Below, piece after piece: positions 28,080 to 37,841 of a stretch of 64,000 nt of DNA. Numbering within the stretch: position 1 is the stretch's first letter; each line of letters begins with the position of its first letter. Origin of the DNA: Candidatus Heimdallarchaeota archaeon. Its GTDB lineage: Archaea; Asgardarchaeota; Heimdallarchaeia; JABLTI01. Location: assembly GCA_018238155.1 (NCBI GenBank), contig JABCTZ010000026.1:1-64000 (forward strand), in the 5' to 3' direction. Under the pieces are notes generated by a model. That model was not told the origin of the DNA. It did no database searches and saw only the letters and a list, made by a program, of their open reading frames with translations. The position numbers were made by a program, and so were the translations under genes.

Positions 28080-28845
28080 ATTGTCAAACACATCCAATCG
28101 CTCACGAAAAATACTAATTAAATGCGAAAAACTAACAAAAACATATGATGATAGATCTGTGATTGTTAAAGCTCTACAGGGAATAGACCTAATTATCAAG
28201 GAAAATAAATTCATCGCAATAATAGGTTCTTCTGGAAGTGGAAAAACTACTTTATTAAATCTAATTGGTGGACTTGACAAACCAACAAGTGGGAAAATGT
28301 GGTTTGATGGAGAAGAAATATCTTCTCTTAATAAGAAAGAAGGAGTACTTTTTCGAAGAAAAGTGGGTATTATTTTCCAAGACTTCAATCTTCACTCTGT
28401 TTTAACAGTTCAACAGAATATCGAGCTTCCAATGATATATGCAGAAAAATTAGATAAACATGCTCGAATGATTCGAGTTGAAGATCTTATTGAAAAAGTT
28501 GGTTTAGAGAAAAGAAAGAGACATATTCCAACACAGCTTTCCAGTGGTGAAAAACAAAGAGTGGGAATTGCTCGAGCATTAGCCAATAATCCAAAACTTA
28601 TTTTAGCAGATCAACCAACGGGCAATTTAGATTCAAAAACTGGTGATAAAATCATCAAATTGATGAAAGATTTACAAAAGGAATTTAGTATAACGATTAT
28701 TGTTGTAACTCACAATTTAGATGTTGCAAGAAAAGCAGATAGAGTTTTTGCCATTGAAGATGGTAAAATTATACCAGTTACACTTGAAGGCAAAGAAAAG
28801 AAACGAATGAAGAAAAAAAAGAGAAAAAAAGCTAAAGCAAGCTAA
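28072..28845 (+). CDS. ABC ATP-binding protein (LolD-like), Walker B E>Q
   Basis: GSSGSGKT, LSSGEKQR, LILADQPTGNLD, VTH. Confidence 0.9.
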   Translation: MPKLSNTSNRSRKILIKCEKLTKTYDDRSVIVKALQGIDLIIKENKFIAIIGSSGSGKTTLLNLIGGLDKPTSGKMWFDGEEISSLNKKEGVLFRRKVGIIFQDFNLHSVLTVQQNIELPMIYAEKLDKHARMIRVEDLIEKVGLEKRKRHIPTQLSSGEKQRVGIARALANNPKLILADQPTGNLDSKTGDKIIKLMKDLQKEFSITIIVVTHNLDVARKADRVFAIEDGKIIPVTLEGKEKKRMKKKKRKKAKAS

Positions 28846-28894
28846 ATACTCTACTATCATCCATTTATTCAAAAAAGCTTCTTTTGAAATAAAG

Positions 28895-30061
28895 TTAGAG
28901 AAATAAATCAATCAACCCTTCATCATATTTCTCTGCGGTTTGCCAATGATTTTGGAATGAAGGTAGAGTTGATAGTTTCGATGCACCTTCAAATTGTACA
29001 AGATCATTATTCGGTTGTGTATGTATTTTCACTTCAGATTTATATTCTGGAAAATTGAATTTAAATTCTTCAAGAATTCGTTCATAAATCCCATTGAATT
29101 TTGTTCCCCCACCTGTCAAACAAATATTTTGAACCAATTTTGAAGAGATTTCTGAATCAATACTATTTGCAACAAAACCTATTGCTTTAGGTAGTGTTAT
29201 TTCATTTAACGGGAATCTTTCTCCATCAAAAGTGCTTCTAGGACATATATCTACTTTCTTTGAGAAATAATCCTTAAAGAAAAACAATTCAGCTAATTTC
29301 CAAAGCTCTGATGTTAGTTGAAAATTATTTTTATCTATAGAATATGTAAACGATTCAGTTTCAGATTCAATGATCTTTTTCTTGAATGGTCTTACAAAAC
29401 AAAAGTTCTCTTTTAAGTCTCGTAAGAAAAGTGCATCAAGAGAACCTTCGTATCCTTTCTTTTGTAACCATAACCCAAGTGTTTTTGTGAGATCAAATCC
29501 TCCAAAGGATATTTGAGCTATTTTATTTTCCAGAATTGTTGAATTATAAATGGGTACAATTCTAATTTGTGAAAAACCTATATCAACTATTAAACCAGTT
29601 AAACTTTTTGTTTTTGGTATATACCCAACTAAGGATAGAAATGGGTCTGAAACAAATGCTAACTTATTTGCTTGAAGGTCTTCATAGAAGAAGTCTTGAG
29701 CTAAATCTCTGAAAGGGCATTCAGATAAATTAGCTGTTGGAAGACTTAGTAACACTCTCCTCTCTGAGAGGTCTACACCTAATTTCATAACCATAGCTTG
29801 CCAATAAGCTTTCAACCAGTCTTCATTTGTCGTATAGCTACCTTGAAGAGGAAAATGTTTAATTCGATCACTTAGAATGGTATTTTGTCTTGGAAAAACA
29901 AAACGTGGAAATTGTTCTCCACCAAAACCGATTTTTGTACTTCCTGCACCATGGACGATTATAACAGGTGGAACTGTACTTGGGTCTACTTTTTCAGGAA
30001 GAATATCTGTTTTCAAATTTTCCACTTTTTTAGATTTATTAGCTGACATGAAAGATACCAC
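28895..30061 (-). CDS. Divergent actin-related protein
   Basis: GAGSTKIGFGGEQFPRFVFP, GLIVDIG...IVPIY, FGGFDLT..L, LKENFCFV, NICLTGGGT, WQTAEKYDEG. Start may be the ATG at 30049. Confidence 0.85.
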   Translation of the reverse strand: MVSFMSANKSKKVENLKTDILPEKVDPSTVPPVIIVHGAGSTKIGFGGEQFPRFVFPRQNTILSDRIKHFPLQGSYTTNEDWLKAYWQAMVMKLGVDLSERRVLLSLPTANLSECPFRDLAQDFFYEDLQANKLAFVSDPFLSLVGYIPKTKSLTGLIVDIGFSQIRIVPIYNSTILENKIAQISFGGFDLTKTLGLWLQKKGYEGSLDALFLRDLKENFCFVRPFKKKIIESETESFTYSIDKNNFQLTSELWKLAELFFFKDYFSKKVDICPRSTFDGERFPLNEITLPKAIGFVANSIDSEISSKLVQNICLTGGGTKFNGIYERILEEFKFNFPEYKSEVKIHTQPNNDLVQFEGASKLSTLPSFQNHWQTAEKYDEGLIDLFL

Positions 30062-30287
30062 TGAAGAGTATTTAAAGGGTTATTTTTTATATTAAAAATA
30101 TTCCCAGTATTAGCATCTACGTTCTATTAAAAAATTATTTGGGTCAAAGGTGATTTATTTTGTTAATTAAAATAAAGATTTTTTAATCAGAGACTTTTAC
30201 TATTGGTTTTGCTACAGAAAAGTTAATAGTCAGTATTTGAAGGAATTCTTCTATCAGAAAATGGCACAAATGAAACAGTGAGATTAT

Positions 30288-32297
30288 ATGCTAGACCTTA
30301 CTAAAATAGATTTTAAGAAAATGGGCTTTAGAGCAGGTATTGAAGTTCATCATCAAATAAACACCAAAAGAAAGTTATTCTGTCATTGTAAACCAATTCT
30401 TAGTCATGGAGAACCTGATTATCGTTTTGAACGATATTTTCGTCCTGTTTTAGGTGAAATGGGTGACTTTGATGAAGGAATGTTAATCGAATATGAAAAA
30501 GGATATCGAGTAATCTATCACGCCTATGAAGATTCGGTCTGTGTTTATGAGCAAGATGAGCAACCGCCCTTTTGGCCAGATAACGATGCTATTTATTTAG
30601 GGTTCGAGCTTGCTCATTGGTTAAATTTCTCTGCATTGGTTGACGAGGTTGTTGTTTCAAGAAAACAATATCTTGATGGATCCATTACTACGGGTTTTCA
30701 AAGAACAATGATTGTAGCTCGTGATGGCTGGGTTCCAATAGGAGAGAAAAAAATAGCTATTTCTAATCTTACCGTTGAAGAAGATTCGGCAAGAAAAATC
30801 AAAACTGAGAATTTTGGCAGGACAGTATATTATAATCTAGATCGCTTAGGAATGCCTCTTGTTGAGGTTATTACGGATCACAATGATTGTGATAATCCGC
30901 AAGACCTTCAACGAGCCGCTGAATATATTGGACTTACTTTGAGATTAAGTGGTATAGGCAAACGTGGTCTTGGAGTAGTAAGACAAGATGTGAATATTAG
31001 CATAAAAGGAGGGCGTCGAGTCGAGTTAAAGGGAGTACAAGATCTAAGCACTTTTGTTGATCTTGCAACACGGGAAGTAGCTAGACAAGATATGCTAATT
31101 AAGATTGCAGCAATGCTAAAAGAGCGTAGTTTCAAAAAGAATGAATTGGAACACATTTATATCGATTTAACAGATAAATTTGCTGGAAGCAATATTCCAA
31201 AAAATAATATTATTATGGGTATACGATTACCAAAATTCGGGAATTTGTTAGGCTTAGAAATTCAACCAGGTAAAGATTTTGGTCAAGATATAATTGAGAA
31301 AGCTGAATTGATTTCAGGTATTCCTAGAAGTAACCTCTTCCATTCAGATGAAATTAATAAGAAAGCTCTTCGAAAACTGCGTGAAAAAACCTTACGAAAA
31401 AACAAAGAACAATTCCAAGAAAATTTCTTTTTCCCTGTTGTTACAGATAAATTAAATCAAGATATTCGAAAAACACTTAGATTAAAGAAAGATGATGGAT
31501 ACTTCTTAACACTTGGTCCTCAAACATGGGTTATTCATGCTATGAAGAAGATCATTGAAAGAGCAAAAATGGCTCTTGATGGAGTACCTGAAGAAACACG
31601 CAGATTTTTACCTGATAATAATTCAGAATTCCTAAGAGTAATCCATGGACAAGATCGTCTTTATCCTGATACAGACACTCCACTGATTGATATGGATATT
31701 CAGAAAATCGAAGAACTGAAGAAGAAAGTACAGAAACGCCCTTGGGAATGGGAAACCGAATTCAAAGAAAAATATGGTTTGGATTATCAGAAAGTTAAAG
31801 CAATGATACGACATGGGACAATAACAACTGTTCAAGAGCTAATTGAAAAATTCTCACTAAACCCCAAAAAATGCTTTTTCTTCATTGAAGAAACACTACT
31901 TGCTCTCAGAAGAGAGGGGTTTGATACTTCAAAGTTGACCATTGAGAAGACTGCTGAAATAATCAAAGGTGCAGAAGATGGTGTGTATGATTTTAATCAA
32001 GTGATCAATATTGCTAAGACCATTATTAATAATCCTAAGAAAAGTCTGAAACAAGCACTTTCAGATTTGAAAATAAGGAAGATTTCTAAAACGGAGCTCC
32101 AAAAATTATTTACTGAAGCATTGAGTCAACTTACGAAATTTAAAAACGAAAAAATATCTGTTAAAGATGGTTCAATAAACAACCGGATAGCAGATAAAAT
32201 TACTGGTACTATTATGAGAAGAACAAATGGAAGTATATCAGGAAAGACGGTCTACGATTTTGTCTTGAAAAATTTGGAGGGTAAAACCAGTAATTAA
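30288..32297 (+). CDS. gatE: Glu-tRNA(Gln) amidotransferase subunit E
   Basis: GIEVHHQ...KLFC, DGSITTGFQRT, EEDSAR, LDRLGMPLVE, RQDVNISIKGG.RVELKGVQ, RLYPDTD. Confidence 0.92.
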   Translation: MLDLTKIDFKKMGFRAGIEVHHQINTKRKLFCHCKPILSHGEPDYRFERYFRPVLGEMGDFDEGMLIEYEKGYRVIYHAYEDSVCVYEQDEQPPFWPDNDAIYLGFELAHWLNFSALVDEVVVSRKQYLDGSITTGFQRTMIVARDGWVPIGEKKIAISNLTVEEDSARKIKTENFGRTVYYNLDRLGMPLVEVITDHNDCDNPQDLQRAAEYIGLTLRLSGIGKRGLGVVRQDVNISIKGGRRVELKGVQDLSTFVDLATREVARQDMLIKIAAMLKERSFKKNELEHIYIDLTDKFAGSNIPKNNIIMGIRLPKFGNLLGLEIQPGKDFGQDIIEKAELISGIPRSNLFHSDEINKKALRKLREKTLRKNKEQFQENFFFPVVTDKLNQDIRKTLRLKKDDGYFLTLGPQTWVIHAMKKIIERAKMALDGVPEETRRFLPDNNSEFLRVIHGQDRLYPDTDTPLIDMDIQKIEELKKKVQKRPWEWETEFKEKYGLDYQKVKAMIRHGTITTVQELIEKFSLNPKKCFFFIEETLLALRREGFDTSKLTIEKTAEIIKGAEDGVYDFNQVINIAKTIINNPKKSLKQALSDLKIRKISKTELQKLFTEALSQLTKFKNEKISVKDGSINNRIADKITGTIMRRTNGSISGKTVYDFVLKNLEGKTSN

Positions 32298-32311
32298 TTG
32301 AGGTGTCTACC

Positions 32312-33778
32312 ATGGTAAAGAAGAATAGTGAAACAAAAAAAGAAGAGCAAAAAGCTGTTCGTGAACCAACAGGGTATCGTGGAAACCTTCGCACAAGATT
32401 AGAAAAGGAGGGTATTGGTGTCTGGAGCCAAGTTCGTGTTAAAAAAGGAAACGCCCTTTACGAAGGTGTTATTCTCCCTAGAAGTCAACATACAACAGAA
32501 GGGTATCTTGTCTTAAAAGTAGATACCGGTTATAATATTGGTGTAAAAATAACTAAGGATACAACAATAGAAGAATACGGTTACAAAGAAGGAAAATACA
32601 AACTACCGGACATTAGTGTTACATTCAAAGATCATTTACCAAATGTTACTTTACTAGGAACGGGCGGGACAGTTGCATCTCGTCTTGATTATAGAACAGG
32701 AGCAGTATTACCAGCTTTTACTCCTGAGGAATTATTTAGTGCTGTTCCAGAGTTAATTGATATTTGTAATTTAACACCGAAGAAAATCTACTCGCTTCTT
32801 TCTGAGAACTTCAAACCAGAATTCTGGGTTAAAACTGCCGAAGCGGTTATGAAAGAATTCAAGAGTGGAGCGAATGGTGTTATTATTGGTCATGGAACAG
32901 ACACAATGTCGTATACGGGCTCAGCTCTTTCATTTATGTTCCAAAATTTAGCCGCACCGGTTGTCCTTGTGGGATCTCAACGGAGTAGTGATAGACCTTC
33001 AAGTGATGGTCCACTCAATATCATTAATGCAAGTCATATTGCAGGTTATGCTGACCTTGCTGAAGTTGTTCTTTGTATGCATGGTGGAACAAGCGACTCG
33101 TACAATCTCATCCATAGAGGAACGCGAGTAAGAAAGATGCACTCAAGTCGTCGAGATGCTTTTAGAACTATTAGTGATATTCCTCTAGGAGTTATCGATG
33201 CAAACCAAAAAGTCACCTTCCTTAAAGATGATGTGAAACGAAGAGGAGACATTGCTGATACTTATATTGACACAAAAATTGATCCAAAAGTCACTATTCT
33301 CTATTTCTACCCTGGAATGAATCCAGATACACTTGATGCAATTATCGATAAAAAATATCATGGAGTTGTTTTCGTTGGCACGGGACTTGGACATGTAAAT
33401 ACCGATATGTACCCTGCTCTCGAGAGAGCTCAAGAAGAAGAAATACCTATTTGTATCGTTGTCGAACCGCTCTACGGATTTACAAATCTTAGAGTCTATG
33501 AAACAGGTAGAGATATGTTAGCGAAAGGAGTATTCGAAGGAGCTAATATGCTTCCAAGTACTGCTTATGCTAAAATGATTTGGACATTAGGACATACTCG
33601 AGATGTTAAAGAAGTTGAAAAAATAATGACAACCAATATTGCTGGCGAAATAACCAACAAAGAAATGAATAAAGGTTATATGCTTATGCAAGGAGTCGAA
33701 CCTGGTCTTGATGAACTTCTTAAAAAGATCAATCCTAATCCAAGAGAACACACTTGGCCGGGAAGCAACGAAAACTAA
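32312..33778 (+). CDS. gatD: Glu-tRNA(Gln) amidotransferase subunit D
   Basis: TGGTVASRLDYRTG, HGTDTM, GSQRSSDRPSSD, RKMHSSRRDAF. GAGGTG SD before the ATG at 32312. Confidence 0.95.
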   Translation: MVKKNSETKKEEQKAVREPTGYRGNLRTRLEKEGIGVWSQVRVKKGNALYEGVILPRSQHTTEGYLVLKVDTGYNIGVKITKDTTIEEYGYKEGKYKLPDISVTFKDHLPNVTLLGTGGTVASRLDYRTGAVLPAFTPEELFSAVPELIDICNLTPKKIYSLLSENFKPEFWVKTAEAVMKEFKSGANGVIIGHGTDTMSYTGSALSFMFQNLAAPVVLVGSQRSSDRPSSDGPLNIINASHIAGYADLAEVVLCMHGGTSDSYNLIHRGTRVRKMHSSRRDAFRTISDIPLGVIDANQKVTFLKDDVKRRGDIADTYIDTKIDPKVTILYFYPGMNPDTLDAIIDKKYHGVVFVGTGLGHVNTDMYPALERAQEEEIPICIVVEPLYGFTNLRVYETGRDMLAKGVFEGANMLPSTAYAKMIWTLGHTRDVKEVEKIMTTNIAGEITNKEMNKGYMLMQGVEPGLDELLKKINPNPREHTWPGSNEN

Positions 33779-33787
33779 ACAAAATTA

Positions 33788-33815
33788 GATATAACTTAAC
33801 AACTAAAGTTATATC
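33788..33815 (+). terminator. Inverted repeat after gatD (terminator or operator)
   Basis: GATATAACTT-N8-AAGTTATATC. Confidence 0.45.
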
Positions 33816-33982
33816 GCCCCCTCATTTTAGAATCTTTTAAATATAGACTCATTTTTCATACATTGTAAGAAAGTATCTATTTAAACATAGAAAGGATACT
33901 TTTATTGGGAAATATCAGAAACAGCTTATCAATACATGCCCAAGTTAATAATTTCTTAAAAAAAAACACGGAATGATCTATC

Positions 33983-34480
33983 ATGGCTTTAATTAGTAAA
34001 AAATTCAATGATGCTTTGAACAAGCAAATAAAAGAAGAATTAGATTCAGGCTATCTATACCTTAGTATGTCCTACTGGCTTGAGGAAAAAGCCTACCATA
34101 ATTTAGCAAATTGGTATTATCTTCAAGCACAAGAAGAATATATACATGCAAAGAAATTCATGGATTATATTGTTGAAACAGGTGGAATTGTTGAATTATT
34201 GGGATTAGCAAAACCAAAGAGTGATTGGGAATCAATAAAACAAATTATTGATGCAGGTTATAAACACGAACAACATATCACTGGCAAAATTGTCGCTTTA
34301 GTAAAGCTTTCAGAAGAAATCAGCGAATTCCAAGCTAGAACTTTGCTCCAATGGTTCATTGATGAACAAATAGAAGAAGAAGCTAATGCAACTGAACTTA
34401 TTGACAAACATGCTGGATACAAGAACGATATGCTCTTTGATCAACATACTCAACGAGTAGCAGCAACACCATCAGAATAA
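33983..34480 (+). CDS. ftnA: Ferritin (non-heme)
   Basis: LNKQIKEE.DS.YLYLSM, QAQEE..HA.KF..Y, HEQ.IT..I, LQWFIDEQIEEE. Confidence 0.9.
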   Translation: MALISKKFNDALNKQIKEELDSGYLYLSMSYWLEEKAYHNLANWYYLQAQEEYIHAKKFMDYIVETGGIVELLGLAKPKSDWESIKQIIDAGYKHEQHITGKIVALVKLSEEISEFQARTLLQWFIDEQIEEEANATELIDKHAGYKNDMLFDQHTQRVAATPSE

Positions 34481-34634
34481 ACTGATTATCACTCTGCTTA
34501 TCAAATTGGATAACGAAATTCTTTCGTTTTCCTTCTATTTCTTTTATAGCTTATTTTTCAAATAAAACTTATAACTACAAAGTACGCCTTTTAGGTTAGC
34601 CAAAAATTTAGTAAAACTCGGGGATTAAGAACAA

Positions 34635-37241
34635 ATGTTAAAGAATCTCACTAAAGCTGAAATTGAAACAATTTATAATGAATATCAAGAGATTCGAGAT
34701 GAAATAATTAAAGATATACGATCTGACCTTTATGGTAAAAGAGTAATACAATACATACAGCACTTACTTTTTGCTTTGTTCATGATTCCTACTCTAACTA
34801 AAAACCACTTGATCAAAAGTAATGAAAAAATGAAATGCTCTTCAGAAGTAATTTTCAACAGCATATTGAATAGCCGAGATAAAAAGGAAAATTTACATGC
34901 ATTATTTACTTCTTTTGGAAAAAACCAAAAAAGAACCTCATATATAATTGAGGATAAAGAACTTATAATTCAGCTACCAATTGAAATCAGAGGTTGGTTT
35001 TCAAAAGCCTACTATAAAGAGAGAAATTATTTTGACGATTTAGAAATTTGTAAACTAGTTAAATTTTCTTTTGAAAAAATAAAACAATACGGTAGCAATG
35101 TTACTGAATCTTTCAGCACTATTTTTGAAAGAGATATGAACTATTACGACTTTCTATCATCAGAAGAAAAAGAAGATAAAGAAAAGATAAAAATCACCCG
35201 TCAATTAACAGGTAGAAGAAAAAAAGGTGTTTTCTATACGCCACCAGAGATTGCTAAATATATGACCGAAAAAGTTATTCTTTCACTTCTTAGTAAAAAA
35301 ATGACCATCTCAAGAAAAGAACTGGAAGATATAAAAGAAATTGACAATAATAAAACTCTCAAAACAATGTATAATGTCCTTTCTAATCTTAGAATTCTAG
35401 ATATTACTTGTGGTTCTGGAGAATTTTTGCTTGCAACTGCTAGAATTTTATTTGAATTACAAAAAAACATTGCCGGAAAATTGTCATTAAAAGTTTCTGA
35501 TGCAGAACTTAAGAAAGTCATTATTGAAAGTAATTTATTTGGTGCTGATTTGATAAATGAAGCACTTTCAATTTCAAGAATAAATTTGTGGTTATGGTTT
35601 ATTTCAAATCGTGAAGATGCAACTTTCGATTCGTTGCCTTCTATTGATTTAAATTTCAATTTAGTGTCAGGGAACAGTCTAATCGGTTTCGTAAATAATC
35701 ACTTGATTGGAAAAGAGAAAATCAATGAAGCATTTATGCACTATCTTAATGAGAAAAGCAAGAAAAATAATTTTACTATTGACGAATTGCTAGAAATGAA
35801 CCCATTACATTGGAGTGAAAAATTTCAATCCAGTATAGCAGAAGGTGGTTTTGATTTAGTTATTGGTAATCCACCTTATATTGAAATCAAAAAGATGAGA
35901 AATAAAAGAGAGAAAGAGATTTTTTCTCAAGAATATTATTCTGCATACAAATTGTATGATATTGCAATTTTATTCATTGAACGTGGTTTACAATTATTAA
36001 AAGAAAAAGGTCATCTTTCGTTTATTATTACCAATAAATTTCTCTCAACTGATTTTGGAAAAAATATCAGAGAGATTATTCTCACTCAATCTAAAATACA
36101 TTCGATTATTGATGTTTCATATTTACCTGTTTTTCAAGATGCTTCGATTTATCCTATTATTTTAACGATTGAAAAAGCAGTATCTCAAGACAGAGAAGTA
36201 AATCTTGCAAATCGTTTCTATGTTTCATCTAAAATAGAAGAATTAAATGAGTTACATTCTGATTCATTCGAAAAATATTTTAGAAAACAGATTGAGTTTT
36301 TTGAACTCCCGAAAATGATTTTTAATATTTCAGCAAATCTTGAACTAATACAATCGATCATGAATAATCCCTTAACAAAAAAATTAGATTCGTATGGGAA
36401 ATTTGCTTATCGTGTTTTAGGTTTCACAGATTGGAACAAAAATGTTAAACAAATCACTGAAAATCCTAAATCGAATGGAGATTTTAGAATTATTGGAACA
36501 GCAAATATTTCACCTTATTCTATCAACTTTCAAAAACCAGTTCGATTATCTAAAGTAAAGTTTGAAAATCCATTTCTTAAAATTGAAAATAAGAAGCATA
36601 CAGATCTTTTCAGTAAGCCTAAATTACTAATAAAAGAAGTTGCAAAAGAATTAACAGTAGCATATGATCCTGGAGTTTTCGCAAACTTAACTGGTATGTA
36701 TATGTTTTATCCACACAATCCGGACTTAATGAAAACGCTTACTTTGATTCTGAATTCTGATATTTTAAATGTAATCTTTTCATCATTATATAGTAGCACA
36801 CATCTTGCGGGAGGATATCTCCGATTTAATGGTAGCTATCTCAAAGAACTCCCAATAATAATTCCTGAGGATGCAAAGTTACAAAATATTTTAACAAAAC
36901 TAGCTAATTATCAATTATTTTTAACCCAGAATCAGAAATTAAATGAAATCACAGAAGTGGGAGATGCAATATTATTCCTTAAGAGTCTGAGCGATTTTCT
37001 TGTTGATTCAATATATTTTGAAAGAGAATTAGATTCAGGACTGATAACAACACTGAATTCAAGTCTAATAGAAATAAATTATGAAAATTGGTTTCTTGAA
37101 CTATTTACTGATTATTCTACTAGGTTTGATACTAACTATCTCAAGAGTGAAAATAACTTGAATATACTCAAGAAAATTCTTTCTTCATGTAAAAAATTAG
37201 AAGAAGAAAATGATATTATTGTTGAATTAATCAGTTTTTAA
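34635..37241 (+). CDS. N6-adenine DNA methyltransferase, TaqI/Eco57I-like, with C-terminal target-recognition domain
   Basis: GVFYTPPEI, ILDITCGSGEF (motif I), FDLVIGNPPY (motif IV), LKELPI. Confidence 0.85.
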   Translation: MLKNLTKAEIETIYNEYQEIRDEIIKDIRSDLYGKRVIQYIQHLLFALFMIPTLTKNHLIKSNEKMKCSSEVIFNSILNSRDKKENLHALFTSFGKNQKRTSYIIEDKELIIQLPIEIRGWFSKAYYKERNYFDDLEICKLVKFSFEKIKQYGSNVTESFSTIFERDMNYYDFLSSEEKEDKEKIKITRQLTGRRKKGVFYTPPEIAKYMTEKVILSLLSKKMTISRKELEDIKEIDNNKTLKTMYNVLSNLRILDITCGSGEFLLATARILFELQKNIAGKLSLKVSDAELKKVIIESNLFGADLINEALSISRINLWLWFISNREDATFDSLPSIDLNFNLVSGNSLIGFVNNHLIGKEKINEAFMHYLNEKSKKNNFTIDELLEMNPLHWSEKFQSSIAEGGFDLVIGNPPYIEIKKMRNKREKEIFSQEYYSAYKLYDIAILFIERGLQLLKEKGHLSFIITNKFLSTDFGKNIREIILTQSKIHSIIDVSYLPVFQDASIYPIILTIEKAVSQDREVNLANRFYVSSKIEELNELHSDSFEKYFRKQIEFFELPKMIFNISANLELIQSIMNNPLTKKLDSYGKFAYRVLGFTDWNKNVKQITENPKSNGDFRIIGTANISPYSINFQKPVRLSKVKFENPFLKIENKKHTDLFSKPKLLIKEVAKELTVAYDPGVFANLTGMYMFYPHNPDLMKTLTLILNSDILNVIFSSLYSSTHLAGGYLRFNGSYLKELPIIIPEDAKLQNILTKLANYQLFLTQNQKLNEITEVGDAILFLKSLSDFLVDSIYFERELDSGLITTLNSSLIEINYENWFLELFTDYSTRFDTNYLKSENNLNILKKILSSCKKLEEENDIIVELISF

Positions 37242-37281
37242 TTCTTTAAATGGAATTCCGAAATATTATAAATCAGCTGGT

Positions 37282-37620
37282 TTACTCTTCTTTATTCGCT
37301 AACACAAAACGTAACACAGCAAGTGCATGATTTGTTGTTGTGTCAAATACAGGAATAATTGAATCCTCTTGTTTAATCAAAAGAGGTATTTCTGTGCAAC
37401 CTAAAATAACTCCTTGAGCACCGTTTTCTTGTAATTTATTGATTATCTCGAGAGAGATTTCTTTTGATTCTTGAGTAATTGTATGATAAACTAGTTCCTC
37501 ATAGATGATTTTATCAATTAAGTTTTGATCTTCGAGTACGGGAATAATAACTTCGACATTGAATTTCTTCAAAGCTTCACAGCAATATCCAGTTTACAGT
37601 ATAAACCTTGTTATAAGTAG
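37282..37620 (-). pseudogene. Aspartate/glutamate racemase 3' fragment, duplicate of the 39261..39968 C-terminal half
   Basis: GVILGCTEIPLL and near-identical DNA. TAA at 37594..37596 where the paralog has CAA; the 5' half is missing. Confidence 0.85.
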
Positions 37621-37841
37621 TCTCAAGATAATTTTTGAATTCCATAATAAATTAACAAAAATTTATTCTCGTTTTTCTGTCTCAGGAATATTAGAGAAAG
37701 CAGCTAAATAATGGTAATTATACCGATTGCAAGTAATGATAAGATTGTCTTATTTATCCTTAACGATTTTTAATATTGCCCAAATTACAGGCAAAAAAAT
37801 ACTCTTGGTAGGAATCATTCTGGTAGAAATAATTAGAAAAA

